DNA of 59,481 bases from Clostridiales bacterium. Lineage in GTDB: Bacteria; Bacillota; Clostridia; Christensenellales; QALW01. Below the pieces are notes generated by a model. It was not told the origin of the DNA and did not search any database. It saw nothing but the letters and a program-made list of their open reading frames with translations. This document shows, in pieces, positions 1 through 10,216 of the stretch (the stretch's first letter is position 1; each line of letters begins with the position of its first letter). The stretch covers positions 1 to 59,481 of the forward strand of contig JAHAAN010000014.1 of the NCBI GenBank assembly GCA_018376855.1, written 5' to 3'. The translations under genes and the position numbers were made by a program.

Positions 1-1
1 A

Positions 2-415
2 CCTGCTGAAGTATATGCCAGAGCTGTAGGTATGAAGGAACGCCTTGAAGCCGAAGCCTGCGTTCACGCTATTATCACATTTGAAAGCGGTGCAATCGCA
101 AATTTCTCCTGCAACTGGGCCGCCTATGCTTTCCCTCATTATGAGGCTCTCTCCATTTCCGGAAAAAACGGACTCCTCACAACGGACAGCAATATGCTTC
201 AGCTAAGTCTTGCCGCAACGGATAACGGCGCACTCAAGCCAGCCGCACCTCCTGCCTGCGAAAGCATGTATGCTCATTTTGCCCGCTGCATCAAAACCGG
301 CCAAGCCCCGCTGACCAACGGTACGGAAGGCTACAAAAGCCTGCGTTTCGTTCGAGCCATCTACGCCTCTATTGAAACCGGCCGCTCAGTTCAGCCCAAA
401 GAAGTGATCCTCTAA
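2..415 (+). CDS. Gfo/Idh/MocA-family oxidoreductase, C-terminal part (5' end outside window)
   Basis: The frame is open from the window edge, with no stop upstream of the listed ATG at 32. The sequence resembles the C-terminal domain of Gfo/Idh/MocA oxidoreductases (...AHFARCIKTGQAPLTNGTEGYKSLRFVRAIYASIETG). Ends in TAA. Confidence 0.65.
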   Translation, partial: PAEVYARAVGMKERLEAEACVHAIITFESGAIANFSCNWAAYAFPHYEALSISGKNGLLTTDSNMLQLSLAATDNGALKPAAPPACESMYAHFARCIKTGQAPLTNGTEGYKSLRFVRAIYASIETGRSVQPKEVIL

Positions 416-439
416 AACACTCAAAATTCCTCTTGTGTA

Positions 440-480
440 AATCAATAAAACGGAGCCATAGCCCCGTTTTATTGATTTTT
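440..480. terminator. Bidirectional intrinsic terminator hairpin between convergent genes
   Basis: 14-nt arms aatcaataaaacgg (440-453) and ccgttttattgatt (464-477), flanked by an A-run and a T-run. The right arm overlaps the WYL gene stop codon. Confidence 0.6.
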
Positions 481-1443
481 ATAAGGTTCTAGTGCATCAT
501 GCAGGCGTTTTTGATATTCTGCCGCCACTTCCGGAGGATGGCTGATACGCACCTCGCTTCCCAGCATAAATACCCATGAATAAAAAGCAGGCGAAATTGC
601 TATATGCAGCTGCACGGAAAGCTGACCGTCCTCCATTGGCATTACAAAAATATTTTTTCCGAACCGATCAATCAAAATTCCGATTTTATCCGCCGGAATC
701 AGCAGCTCAACAGCCTTTGCATCGGAAGCAAACATGCCGAACGTCTGCTGCGCGTACTTCGCGCTGTCGATTCGGCATTCCTGAACCGTCTCTTCTAAAA
801 TGCGTATCTCTTTCATCTTATCCACACGAAAATGCGACAGCGCTTCGTAACGTTCATGATAAGCCACAAGATAGTAGTTCTCATCCTCCCAACAAAGCAG
901 ATAAGGGCTGACGCGATACAACTCGCCGCCGCGGCGCAAATGCAGCTGCTTATCCACGCCGTATTCATAATACTGGAACTCAATCTTTTTCCGAGCATTT
1001 ATAGCGTCATGCAGAGCGTCAATATTATAAAACAGCCCCTCGTTCATGCTTTTAGCGCGCCCTGACACAAACACCTGCCTTTGCAGCTGCTTTGCCTGAT
1101 GAATACTGGTAAGCCCTTTTAGCTTGCCTATCAACTGTATGCTTTTCCTTTCAGATATACTGCGGCAAGCCTGTACAGCATCTACTAACAGTTTTAACTC
1201 TGAAAGTTCAAATGCCCTATTCTGCACATAATAACCGTTTCTCTTATTGTTTTCAATATCCATGCCGATCGACCTTAAAGCATCAAGATCGTCATACACG
1301 CTCTTTCTTTCCGCCGGAATTCCCATCTTTTGCAAACGCGCTATCAACTCCGGCACAGAGATCGGATGCCGTTCGTCCGTCTCCTGCTGCATCATGCGCG
1401 CAATGGCCAGCAGCTTCTGCTTGCTGTTATGTATTGCAGGCAT
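469..1443 (-). CDS. WYL-domain transcriptional regulator (N-terminal HTH, central WYL, C-terminal extension)
   Basis: 324-aa ORF. The N-terminus (KLLAIARMMQQETDERHPISVPELIARLQKMGIPAERKSVYDDLDAL) looks like an HTH. The central region (IEFQYYEYG...LYRVSPYLLCWEDENYYLVAY) is typical of the WYL fold. Confidence 0.8.
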   Translation of the reverse strand: MPAIHNSKQKLLAIARMMQQETDERHPISVPELIARLQKMGIPAERKSVYDDLDALRSIGMDIENNKRNGYYVQNRAFELSELKLLVDAVQACRSISERKSIQLIGKLKGLTSIHQAKQLQRQVFVSGRAKSMNEGLFYNIDALHDAINARKKIEFQYYEYGVDKQLHLRRGGELYRVSPYLLCWEDENYYLVAYHERYEALSHFRVDKMKEIRILEETVQECRIDSAKYAQQTFGMFASDAKAVELLIPADKIGILIDRFGKNIFVMPMEDGQLSVQLHIAISPAFYSWVFMLGSEVRISHPPEVAAEYQKRLHDALEPYKNQ

Positions 1444-1465
1444 ACTTCCTCCGTTCCGCCTGACG

Positions 1466-1897
1466 TCAAACAGGCTTCTTCAAATCCTTCCGCATGGGCA
1501 GATGCTCAATTCCTGCCTCTGAAAAAGGCTCACCTTCGGAAACAAACCCCAGCGCCTCATAAAACGGAACAGCCTGCCGCTGCGCATGAACATGCACGCA
1601 CGCCGCGCCGTGCGCAAGCGCATAACGAAAAACCTCTTCCATAAGCTTTCTCCCAAGGCCTGTTCCGCGTTCTCCCTTTGCTACCGCCACACGCCCAACA
1701 AGCCACGTCTGCGGAAACAGCCGTGCCGTCGCCGCAAGCTCTCCATTCAAATACAGCGCCAAATGCACTGCCTGCGCATCGCAGCCGTCCTCTTCCTCCG
1801 CAAGCGAAACACCCTGCTCCCTGACAAATACCTCGCGGCGCAAAGCTTTGCAGTCTTCAATTTGATCCTCGCCGGAAAACCATTTGTATATCAGCAT
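1466..1897 (-). CDS. GNAT-family N-acetyltransferase (ElaA-like)
   Basis: GNAT acetyl-CoA-binding motif (VAVAKGERGTGLGRKLME). I chose the ATG at 1897 because AGGAGGAAG lies 5-6 nt upstream; the listed ORF extends to 1939. Lies 22 nt upstream of the WYL gene on the same strand. Confidence 0.8.
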   Translation of the reverse strand: MLIYKWFSGEDQIEDCKALRREVFVREQGVSLAEEEDGCDAQAVHLALYLNGELAATARLFPQTWLVGRVAVAKGERGTGLGRKLMEEVFRYALAHGAACVHVHAQRQAVPFYEALGFVSEGEPFSEAGIEHLPMRKDLKKPV

Positions 1898-2001
1898 GCT
1901 TCTTCCTCCTTTTAACGCTGCGCTGTTTACAGCACGCAAAAACTGCGCTATAATATGGGTACTATATTATGCTTATTGCTTCGCAGAAAGGGCGGCTTCC
2001 C

Positions 2002-2877
2002 ATGCATATTGTTACATTTAAGGCTCATGCCAAGATCAACTGGTCGCTGTCGGTAACCGGTAAGCGAGATAACGGTTATCATGAGCTTGACATGCTGCTG
2101 CAAAGCGTTACCATGCATGATTTTATCACGGTTTCCATTCAAAGAAGCAAGGGAATCGATCTTTTATGCTCCCGCCCGCTGGGCGATATGGAAAACAATC
2201 TCGCATTTAAAGCTGCGAATGCTTTTTTTCAGCATACGGAAATCCTGCCCGACTGCCGGATTTACCTGCATAAATACATTCCCGTATGCGCAGGCATGGG
2301 CGGCGGAAGTGCCGACGCAGCCGCTGTGCTGACAGCGCTGAATCGCCTGTACGGCTCGCCTCTGCGCCGCACGGAGCTTTCTGAGCTCGCCCTATCGCTC
2401 GGAGCCGACGTTCCTTTTCTTCTGCAAGGCGGTCTTGCACGCGCACAGGGGATCGGCGAGCAGCTCACTTTCTTCCCAAACAAACGCCGTTTTTACTTCG
2501 TAGGCATTATGCCTCGCCGCGGCGCCTCCACCCGAAAAGTATTCTCCCTGTTTGACGATTCTCTGCCACGCTGTTCCGTCAACAACGATGCGCTTCTGCA
2601 TGCAATCCTTCACGGCGACCCGGCTGACGCCGCAAAACACATGCATAACCATTTGCAGCCCGTAACGGAATCACTGCTGCCGCAGCTTACGGAGCTGCGC
2701 GCGGCGCTGCTGCGGTTCGGCGCGCTTACAAGCGTTATGACAGGCTCCGGCGCGCTGATGTACGGCCTTTTTACCTCCGCAGAAACCGCGGATTCCGCCT
2801 ACGCTGCTCTGCGAAAAGCCAGATGCGGCCGTGTGTTTCGCTTTGATTCCTGCGAATGCGGCATAGAGACGCCTTAG
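2002..2877 (+). CDS. ispE: 4-(cytidine 5'-diphospho)-2-C-methyl-D-erythritol kinase
   Basis: N-terminus FKAHAKINWSLSVTGKRDNGYHELDMLLQSV and GHMP-kinase motif PVCAGMGGGSADAAA. The internal ATG at 2002 gives the family-typical start. Stop is TAG at 2875-2877. Confidence 0.9.
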   Translation: MHIVTFKAHAKINWSLSVTGKRDNGYHELDMLLQSVTMHDFITVSIQRSKGIDLLCSRPLGDMENNLAFKAANAFFQHTEILPDCRIYLHKYIPVCAGMGGGSADAAAVLTALNRLYGSPLRRTELSELALSLGADVPFLLQGGLARAQGIGEQLTFFPNKRRFYFVGIMPRRGASTRKVFSLFDDSLPRCSVNNDALLHAILHGDPADAAKHMHNHLQPVTESLLPQLTELRAALLRFGALTSVMTGSGALMYGLFTSAETADSAYAALRKARCGRVFRFDSCECGIETP

Positions 2878-3939
2878 CTATTTTCCCTCTAAAATTTCCC
2901 GCACGGCTTTCAGAAACGCGTCCATCTCGTCATCCGTTCCGATGCTCACGCGCAAATAGTTATCGATCCGCGCCTGTGCAAAATAACGGGTGAGGATCCC
3001 CTTGTCCCGCAACTTACGGTACAGCTCCTCCGCACGCATACGCTCATGCGTGATAAAAACAAAATTCGCCTTACTCTCCGGCATGGTAAAGCCCAGCTTT
3101 TTCAATTCGCTTACTGTTCTTTCCCTTGTGCTGATAATCTTCCGCACAACAGATTCATTATATTCCGTATCCAGCAGCGCGGCCGCGCCGCCCGCGGCTG
3201 CCGCACGATCCACCACATAGGAATTAAAGGAATTTTTCACAGCATTCAGCCCTGCGATCAGCGATTCCTGCGCCACCGCATAGCCCACGCGCATACCCGC
3301 CATAGAATGCGATTTGCTGAAAGTGCGCACCACAACGAGATTATCAAACTCCTCAATCAACGGCATAACGCTCTGCGCGCCAAACGCCACATACGCCTCA
3401 TCCACGATCAGCACCCCTCTGCCGCGCTGCATCTGCACCAGCGCGCGGATCTCTTTCGCAGAAAGCGCTCTGCCTGTCGGCGCGTTGGGATTAGGAAAAA
3501 TCACGCCGCCGTTTGCACGGTCATAAAGCGCAGGATCAATGCCAAACCCCTCATCTAACGCAACACGTTCATAGGAAATGCCAAAAAAATCCGCATAGAC
3601 CGGATAAAAGCTATAAGTAATATCCGGAAACAGCACCGGCCTTTCGGGATCGAAAAACGCCGCGAAGCAAAACGCCAGCACTTCGTCGGAGCCGTTGCCG
3701 CAGAACACCTGCTCCGGGCGGACTCCCTCCACCTGTGCCACGGCCTTTCGCAGCACCGTCGCATCCGGATCCGGATACAGCGCGGCGTTTTCCAATGCCG
3801 CCGCGGCCGCTTCCCTTGCCTTGGAAGACATCGGATACGGATTTTCATTCGTATTGATCTTGATATAACGCTGATCCTGCGGCTGCTCACCCGGCACATA
3901 GGGCTTAAGCGCCCGTGCCCGTGCGGAAATATAATTCAT
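2878..3939 (-). CDS. hisC: Histidinol-phosphate aminotransferase
   Basis: Class-II aminotransferase features (YPDPDATVLRKAVA, RTFSKSHSMAGMRVGY containing the PLP lysine). Start is ATG 3939 (MNYISARA); an alternative ATG lies at 3951. Confidence 0.9.
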   Translation of the reverse strand: MNYISARARALKPYVPGEQPQDQRYIKINTNENPYPMSSKAREAAAAALENAALYPDPDATVLRKAVAQVEGVRPEQVFCGNGSDEVLAFCFAAFFDPERPVLFPDITYSFYPVYADFFGISYERVALDEGFGIDPALYDRANGGVIFPNPNAPTGRALSAKEIRALVQMQRGRGVLIVDEAYVAFGAQSVMPLIEEFDNLVVVRTFSKSHSMAGMRVGYAVAQESLIAGLNAVKNSFNSYVVDRAAAAGGAAALLDTEYNESVVRKIISTRERTVSELKKLGFTMPESKANFVFITHERMRAEELYRKLRDKGILTRYFAQARIDNYLRVSIGTDDEMDAFLKAVREILEGK

Positions 3940-3964
3940 AATAATTCCCATTCCTTTTATTGTT

Positions 3965-6421
3965 TTATTGCAGCGCCTGCACTGCTTCCGTCAGCACATC
4001 GCCCATAACCACCAAAATATACGGCTTGCCTGCGGACAGCCTGTTTTCGATCATGATATCCTCGGTATTGACTGATTCGATCTGCCCGGAAGCATGCGCA
4101 AGAAGCATCTCATACGGCTCCTTGACCCACAACGCACCGATAAGCACGCTTCCATTCGCGCCGTTCTTCTTAAAATCAAAGGTTTTCAGACCCTTGCGGT
4201 TCCGAAGCGCCGCCTCGTATTCCACCAAAAGAGAGCGCTTTGCATAGCCCTTATCGCTCCAAACGATAAGCTCGCCCTCCTCGTCCACCTGCCGCGCAAA
4301 AACGCAGCGGTCTTCATCATCAAGCGCAATGCCCTTTACACCTGCTGTGACGCGCCCCGTCGATGAAAGCTCCTGCTTCGTCATATTCAGGCTCATGCCC
4401 TTCTCCGTAACGAATAAAACGGTTTGCGTCTCCGCATTTTCAAGCTCCACATTTAAAACTTCATCGTTGTCTTTCAGGGAAATCGCCTGAAAACGCTGCT
4501 TCTTCACGGCATATTCGCCAAGCTCCGAGCATTTAATCATGCCGTTTTTCGTGCAGAACAGCAGTCTGCCCTGCATATCGTCCTTAAACGGCAAAGCAAA
4601 GATAATAACTTCCTGCTCACCGATACCCGAAAACGCCTTTGCTTTAGAAGTTCCTTTATCACGCCACTTGCATTCTGCAATATCATCCACCGAAAACGCA
4701 TAGCAGTATCCCTTATTGCTGAACGCAAGCACACGCTCGTCCGTGCGCACCGTAAGCAGCGACACCACAAAATTGTCTGGCGAAGTAACCTCTTTATTGG
4801 AGGCTTTAAAGTTCTTTACCGAAACGCGCCGCACATTTCCTGCCTTGTCGATCGCCAAAACGGCGTCCTCCACCACTTTAAAATCCTGCTGGGAAACCTC
4901 TATGCTTTGGGGCGCTTCCGATAAAATCACCGTTCTGCGCGGGGATTTATATTTACGTTTCAGATCCAGCAGCTCTTTTTTAATCAGCTGCATAAGCTTT
5001 TGCTTATCGGCCAGCAGAGCTTCCAGCTCCGCAATCAGCGCGCGCAGTTCGGCAAGCTTCTGCTCGATCTGCTTTGCCTCCAACGCCGTTAAGCGCGCAA
5101 GGCGCATCTCCAAAATCGCCGTTGCCTGCCGGTCGGTCAGCTTAAATTCCGCGCGCAGGCGCTCCTTCGCTTCCTTAACATTGGCGCTTGTGCGAATGAT
5201 CTTAACCACACGGTCAATATTCTGAATAGCAATCAGCAGCCCTGCCTGAATCTCCTCGTCCAGCCTTGCTTTTTCCAGATCGTGCCGCACGCGCCTGCGC
5301 TCCACTGTTTTATAATGCTCGATATAATAACGGTTCATCTCAAAAAGCCCCAGCTGCATGGGCTTTCCGTCCGCAATGGCTACCATATTCACGCCAAAAG
5401 TGGTTTGCAGATCGCTGTATTTAAACAGCAGCGCAAGAATCTTCTCCACATCGGCGTCCTTTTTCAGCTCAATGACGGCGCGCATACCGGTTTTCATATC
5501 CGATTCGTCCCGAATATCGTTAATCGCTGCCAACACGCCTTTTTTCTCCTCGGCAAGCTTCAAAATATCCGCAAGCATCTTAGCTTTGTTCACGCCGTAG
5601 GGAATCTCTGAAATCACGATCAGCTTTTTCCCGTTAGGCGCATTTTCCACCGCTGTTTTTGCACGTACAATCAGCTTTCCCTTACCGGTTTTATAAACGT
5701 TCTCAATCTCCCCGCCGTTGATAATATAGCCGCCTGTCGGAAAATCCGGCCCCTTTACATGCTTTAAAAGCTCCGAAAGCGAAATGCGCGGGTTATCGAT
5801 CTGCGCAACCACGCTGTCGATCACCTCGCCTAGATTATGCGTGGGAATGTTTGTGGCCAGCCCCACCGCAATGCCGTAAGAGCCGTTGACCAGCAAATTG
5901 GGGAACCGCCCCGGAAGCACATCCGGTTCTTTAAGCGAATCGTCAAAGTTTAACGACCATTTAACAGTATCCTTGTCAATGTCCCGCAGCATTTCCAGTG
6001 CAATGGGCGCTAAGCGCGCCTCGGTATACCGAAAAGCAGCCGCCGAATCGCCGTCGATAGAACCGAAATTTCCCTGGCCGTATACCAGCGGCTCGCGGAG
6101 GTTGAAATCCTGCGCCATGCGCACCATCGTTTCATAAATGCTCGAATCCCCGTGGGGATGATACTTTGCCATGCATTCTCCCACAATATGCGCTGATTTC
6201 TTCGTGGGCTTATCCGGAAAAAGTCCCAGCGTATACATGGCATACAGCACACGGCGCTGCACAGGCTTCAAGCCGTCCTCCACACGAGGCAGCGCGCGCT
6301 CCAAAATAACATGCTCCGCGTACGGCAGCATACTGCTGTGCATTACATCCTCCATCGTTTCGGTGCGCACATTCTGCTGCGACAACGGAATAAAATATTG
6401 CTCGTCCTGTTTCTTGGCCAT
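3965..6421 (-). CDS. parC: Type IIA topoisomerase subunit A, ParC-like (no GyrA box)
   Basis: 818 aa with the conserved cleavage core ([10 protein letters not shown] holds the catalytic Tyr context). Where gyrase has the QRRGGKG GyrA box, this protein has [13 protein letters not shown], which favours topoisomerase IV over gyrase. Confidence 0.7.
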   Translation of the reverse strand: MAKKQDEQYFIPLSQQNVRTETMEDVMHSSMLPYAEHVILERALPRVEDGLKPVQRRVLYAMYTLGLFPDKPTKKSAHIVGECMAKYHPHGDSSIYETMVRMAQDFNLREPLVYGQGNFGSIDGDSAAAFRYTEARLAPIALEMLRDIDKDTVKWSLNFDDSLKEPDVLPGRFPNLLVNGSYGIAVGLATNIPTHNLGEVIDSVVAQIDNPRISLSELLKHVKGPDFPTGGYIINGGEIENVYKTGKGKLIVRAKTAVENAPNGKKLIVISEIPYGVNKAKMLADILKLAEEKKGVLAAINDIRDESDMKTGMRAVIELKKDADVEKILALLFKYSDLQTTFGVNMVAIADGKPMQLGLFEMNRYYIEHYKTVERRRVRHDLEKARLDEEIQAGLLIAIQNIDRVVKIIRTSANVKEAKERLRAEFKLTDRQATAILEMRLARLTALEAKQIEQKLAELRALIAELEALLADKQKLMQLIKKELLDLKRKYKSPRRTVILSEAPQSIEVSQQDFKVVEDAVLAIDKAGNVRRVSVKNFKASNKEVTSPDNFVVSLLTVRTDERVLAFSNKGYCYAFSVDDIAECKWRDKGTSKAKAFSGIGEQEVIIFALPFKDDMQGRLLFCTKNGMIKCSELGEYAVKKQRFQAISLKDNDEVLNVELENAETQTVLFVTEKGMSLNMTKQELSSTGRVTAGVKGIALDDEDRCVFARQVDEEGELIVWSDKGYAKRSLLVEYEAALRNRKGLKTFDFKKNGANGSVLIGALWVKEPYEMLLAHASGQIESVNTEDIMIENRLSAGKPYILVVMGDVLTEAVQALQ

Positions 6422-8392
6422 TTACTGCACCCCCTTCTCTTTGGCAAAAAGATCTTCTTTATTAAAGTTTGCATGTTCGATAATGTATTGCTTGCGCACA
6501 TCCGCCTTATCGCCCATCAGCACCGTTACCAGATGCTCCGCTTCCGCCGCATCCTCAATGGACACCTGCACCAGCGTGCGCGTTGCCGGGTTCATCGTAG
6601 TTTCAAACAGCTGCTCGGCGCTCATCTCGCCCAAGCCCTTATAGCGCTGGATCGTGTAGCCCCGCCCCATACGCTCGGCCACCGCGGCGCGTTCGGCATC
6701 GTCATAGACATACACGGTCTCCTTTGTAGAGCTCTTTTCCAGCTTATACAGCGGCGGCACGCCGATAAACACATGGCCGTCGGTTATCAGCGGCCGCATA
6801 TAGCGGTAAAAAAATGTCAGCAAAATTGCCCGGATATGCGCGCCATCCTGATCGGCATCGGCAAGGATCACAACCTTATGGTATTTTAACGAGGAAATAT
6901 CAAAATCCACATCAATGCTTGTCCCCAACGCGGTAATGATGGAGCGAAATTCATCGTTTGCCAGCACCTGATCCAGCCGCTTCTTTTCCACGTTCAAGGG
7001 CTTTCCCCGCAGCGGGAGAATCGCCTGAAAGCGCCGATCCCGCCCCTGCTTGGCCGTTCCGCCCGCACTGTCGCCTTCTACAATAAACAGCTCGTTTTCC
7101 TCCGGCTTTCTGCCCGTACAGGAGGAAAGCTTTCCCACAAGCGGTGCGCCCTCTAGGCTGCTTCGCTTGCGCGCCAGATCCTTCGCCTTGCGCGCAGCCT
7201 CCCGCACGCGCGAAGCCTGCACCGCCTTTTCCATAATGGCAGCGCCCGCCTCGGAATTTTTCAGATCATCCAAATACGCCGCCAGTTTGTCGGAGACGAT
7301 CGCCTCCACCGCCGGGCGCGCTTCCACGTTGCCAAGCTTCGTTTTGGTCTGCCCTTCAAATTGAATATTCTGCATTTTCACATTGAGCACCACTGTAATG
7401 CCCTCGCGGAAATCCTCTCCCTGAAAGTTTGCGTCCTTTTCCTTGAGCACCTCGTTCTTTCGGGCATAATCGTTAAGCACCTTTGTCAGCGCGGCCTTAA
7501 AGCCCGTTTCATGCGTGCCGCCCTCCGTTGTCGGAATGTTATTAACAAACGAAAAAATACTCTCCGTGTAGGAATCCGTATACTGAATGGCGGCGGCGCA
7601 GTAAATGCCGTCCTTCTCCCCCTCAATAAAGATTGGTTTTTCAAAGCAGGTTTCCTTTTCCTCGTTGAGATACTGAACATAATCGGAAATCCCTCCGTTA
7701 AAGCAGTATTCCACCGTTTTGCTTTGCCCCGCCTCATTCTTGATCCGCTCGTCCGTAAGCGTAACCGTCATGCCGCCGTTAAGGAACGAAAGCTCCTTCA
7801 GCCTGCGCTTAATGGTTTCATAATTAAACTGGGCCATATCAAACACAGTCTTATCCGGCTTAAATGTAACAAGCGATCCTTTCTTATGCGTTTTTCCGCA
7901 CTCCTGAAGATGCTTTGTCGTTACACCCGAAAGCGTGCGTCGTTCGTTAGCGTCATAATAGGAGGCAAACTCACAGCGATAAATCTTGTAATCATGATAA
8001 ACCTCCACCTTTGTCCACTCCGAAAGCGCGTTCACCACCGACGCGCCCACGCCGTGAAGCCCTCCGCTGTATTTATAATTATGGGCATCGAATTTTCCGC
8101 CGGCATGCAGCTGCGTAAAAATAACCTCCACAGCCGAAATCCCCTTCTGCGGATGGATCCCCACCGGCATCCCCCGGCCGTTATCCTCCACGGAAGCGCT
8201 GTTATCCGGATGCAGCGTTACCCAAATATGATCCGCATAGCCGTTTGCCACTTCATCGATCGCATTGTCAATGATCTCCCACAGCAAATGGTGCATCCCC
8301 TTTGAGCCCGTAGTGCCGATATACATACCCGGCCGCATACGGACTGCATCCAATCCCTCCAGAATTTTAATATCACCGGCATTATATTCCAT
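6422..8392 (-). CDS. parE: Type IIA topoisomerase subunit B, ParE-like
   Basis: 656 aa. GHKL ATPase N-terminus (LEGLDAVRMRPGMYIG, HHLLWEIIDNAIDE), Toprim region (EGDSAGG) and PLRGK motif. Abuts the parC start with no gap. Confidence 0.7.
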   Translation of the reverse strand: MEYNAGDIKILEGLDAVRMRPGMYIGTTGSKGMHHLLWEIIDNAIDEVANGYADHIWVTLHPDNSASVEDNGRGMPVGIHPQKGISAVEVIFTQLHAGGKFDAHNYKYSGGLHGVGASVVNALSEWTKVEVYHDYKIYRCEFASYYDANERRTLSGVTTKHLQECGKTHKKGSLVTFKPDKTVFDMAQFNYETIKRRLKELSFLNGGMTVTLTDERIKNEAGQSKTVEYCFNGGISDYVQYLNEEKETCFEKPIFIEGEKDGIYCAAAIQYTDSYTESIFSFVNNIPTTEGGTHETGFKAALTKVLNDYARKNEVLKEKDANFQGEDFREGITVVLNVKMQNIQFEGQTKTKLGNVEARPAVEAIVSDKLAAYLDDLKNSEAGAAIMEKAVQASRVREAARKAKDLARKRSSLEGAPLVGKLSSCTGRKPEENELFIVEGDSAGGTAKQGRDRRFQAILPLRGKPLNVEKKRLDQVLANDEFRSIITALGTSIDVDFDISSLKYHKVVILADADQDGAHIRAILLTFFYRYMRPLITDGHVFIGVPPLYKLEKSSTKETVYVYDDAERAAVAERMGRGYTIQRYKGLGEMSAEQLFETTMNPATRTLVQVSIEDAAEAEHLVTVLMGDKADVRKQYIIEHANFNKEDLFAKEKGVQ

Positions 8393-8437
8393 GTGTGTTC
8401 CTCCGTATTTTGTAGAAATACCCTATCATAATGTTTT

Positions 8438-8465
8438 AGTATACCATATATAGGCGAAAATGCAA
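8438..8465 (-). promoter_or_regulatory. Candidate sigma-A promoter for parE-parC
   Basis: On the minus strand: TTGCAT (8465-8460), 16-nt spacer, TATACT (8443-8438), preceded by TGG. Confidence 0.4.
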
Positions 8466-8533
8466 CATTTTTTTCTCATCAGTCCAAGCTGCCCGACGGT
8501 CGCCCTGCATCGCGCCGTTTACTGCTGCCCCAA

Positions 8534-8567
8534 GCAAAAAGAGGCGGCGCCCTTGCCTGCGCCGCTC
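8534..8567 (-). terminator. Intrinsic terminator after the SPOR-domain gene
   Basis: GC-rich hairpin gaggcggcgc / gcgccgctc (one bulge), followed on the minus strand by a T-run (plus-strand A-run at 8536-8540). Confidence 0.5.
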
Positions 8568-8577
8568 CCCTCCGCTA

Positions 8578-9360
8578 TCACGCTACGACCTTGCCCCCAA
8601 GCTGCGCATAGGCCTGCGCCATAAGAATGCAGGCGTATTTTACCTCTTCCGATTCCTTTGCGCTGCCAAGCGTTTGCTCCGCAAGCGCCAGCGTATCCTT
8701 CACCGCGGCGGTCAGCGCCGGCTGATCCGGTATATCCGGAAATGCCTTGGCCGCTTCAGCCGCCTGTGCCTTCAATCCGGAAAGCTCCACCAGCATGCGC
8801 GTCTGCGTGATCTCCTCCCGATCAATCGAAAGGCTCAGCTCCGCAAGGCGGCGGCACAGCCATGGAAAAAAGGACAAGCGTTCCTGCAAATCGTCTCTCT
8901 GCTTCTGATCCTTACAAACACAGCAGACCGCCGCCTCTGCCTTGATCGTATAAACGGAAGCCGCATATCCCTGTTCGCCCAGCTTCTCCGCCACGCTGAG
9001 CGCTTCCTCTTCCGTTCTGTAGGCGCTGGCCAGCACGCGGTAATAGCCGTCCTCCGCCACAAAACCCGCTCCGCCGCGCTTCTGCGCGCTTTCTGCCGCA
9101 AGATCTGCCTTTTCCTGCGTGGTATACATGCCGATCTGCGCACAGTAGATCTCAAAGCCCTCCAGCGCAACCGCATTCTTCGCGTCTTTTTCCTCCCCGA
9201 TGCCGAGCATCGGCACAAGCGCCACCCTTGCAATCCAATCCCCCGCAAACGCCACCAACGCGAAACACGCGATCACAGCAGTAAACATCATAAGACCCGC
9301 CGCCCGCTTACCTATTTCTTTTTTCCGCCTTCGAATAGAAAAACCGGTTTTATAACGCAT
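8578..9360 (-). CDS. SPOR-domain membrane protein
   Basis: N-terminal TM segment (AAGLMMFTAVIACFALVAFAG). SPOR-like repeat (YCAQIGMYTTQEKADLAAESAQKRGGAGFVAEDGYYRVLASAYRTEEEALSVAEKLGEQGY). ATG 9360 has GAGGGAG upstream; the listed ORF extends to 9381. Confidence 0.7.
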   Translation of the reverse strand: MRYKTGFSIRRRKKEIGKRAAGLMMFTAVIACFALVAFAGDWIARVALVPMLGIGEEKDAKNAVALEGFEIYCAQIGMYTTQEKADLAAESAQKRGGAGFVAEDGYYRVLASAYRTEEEALSVAEKLGEQGYAASVYTIKAEAAVCCVCKDQKQRDDLQERLSFFPWLCRRLAELSLSIDREEITQTRMLVELSGLKAQAAEAAKAFPDIPDQPALTAAVKDTLALAEQTLGSAKESEEVKYACILMAQAYAQLGGKVVA

Positions 9361-9490
9361 ATATGCCGCTCCCTCTTTCATTTAAATCATTTTCACCCGT
9401 TAAAATTTTATGAACCGGCACAAAACAATATGAATCAGGAAACAGATATGCTATAATAATAAGGAAAATTCAGCAAAGGAACAGAGTTTT

Positions 9491-10216
9491 ATGGATTATA
9501 AAATCGATACCATTACCGTGATCGACGCTTTCAAAGAGGACTGCGAGTGCCCCTTATGCAAAATCAAAGCCGATATGGACGCCGCCTACGTTTCCTCCTG
9601 TTTGGGCGCAGGCGCAATGGTGCCGGAACGGCGTGTTGAAGTGAACCGCTGCGGCTTCTGCTCAGCGCATTTAAAGCAGCTATACGACGCCCAAACCCGC
9701 CTGCCGCTCGCACTTCAGCTGCAAACGCACCTGCACGAACAGAACGCCAAGAACGCCAAGCTGCTTGACGCCTATGCCAAGAAAGCTGCAAACAGCAGCG
9801 GCCTGTTCGGCGGAAAAAAGAAAGAGCTGAACGAGGAGCTGGAACGCTTAAAGGCCGCCCTGACAAGCAGCGAGGAAGCCTGTGTGATCTGCAGCCACAC
9901 AAAGGAAAATCTGCGCCGCTACGAGGAAACCGTGCTCGCCCTTTACCAAAAAGACAGTGAATTCAAACGCCTCGTTGAAAACGGAAAGGGCTTCTGCGTG
10001 CCGCATTTTCTGGAGCTGCTTACGCTCTGCGCCGAAAAAAAATCGCCGCTCACCGCCGTGCTGATCCAACGGCAGAAAGCAGCGATGCAGCGTCTCGACG
10101 AAGAGCTGCTTTGGTTTGCAAAAAAGTTCGACTATGCAAATAAGGACGCAGACTGGGGCAATTCCCGCGACAGCATTCCCCGAACAATCAACAAACTCAA
10201 AGGCAGGATCGTTTAA
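9491..10216 (+). CDS. Conserved Cys-rich hypothetical protein (DUF6062-like as far as I recall)
   Basis: 241 aa with paired Cys motifs (CECPLC, CGFCSAH, CVICSH, FCVPH) that suggest metal binding. The family name is from memory only. Confidence 0.55.
   Translation: MDYKIDTITVIDAFKEDCECPLCKIKADMDAAYVSSCLGAGAMVPERRVEVNRCGFCSAHLKQLYDAQTRLPLALQLQTHLHEQNAKNAKLLDAYAKKAANSSGLFGGKKKELNEELERLKAALTSSEEACVICSHTKENLRRYEETVLALYQKDSEFKRLVENGKGFCVPHFLELLTLCAEKKSPLTAVLIQRQKAAMQRLDEELLWFAKKFDYANKDADWGNSRDSIPRTINKLKGRIV

Noticed and set aside
3965-8392. Calling the type IIA topoisomerase pair gyrB-gyrA.
   Set aside because: The A subunit lacks the GyrA box (QRRGGKG) at the start of its C-terminal domain. The locus is also not in the dnaA-dnaN-recF-gyrB context. 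ParE/ParC-like is therefore preferred, though not certain.
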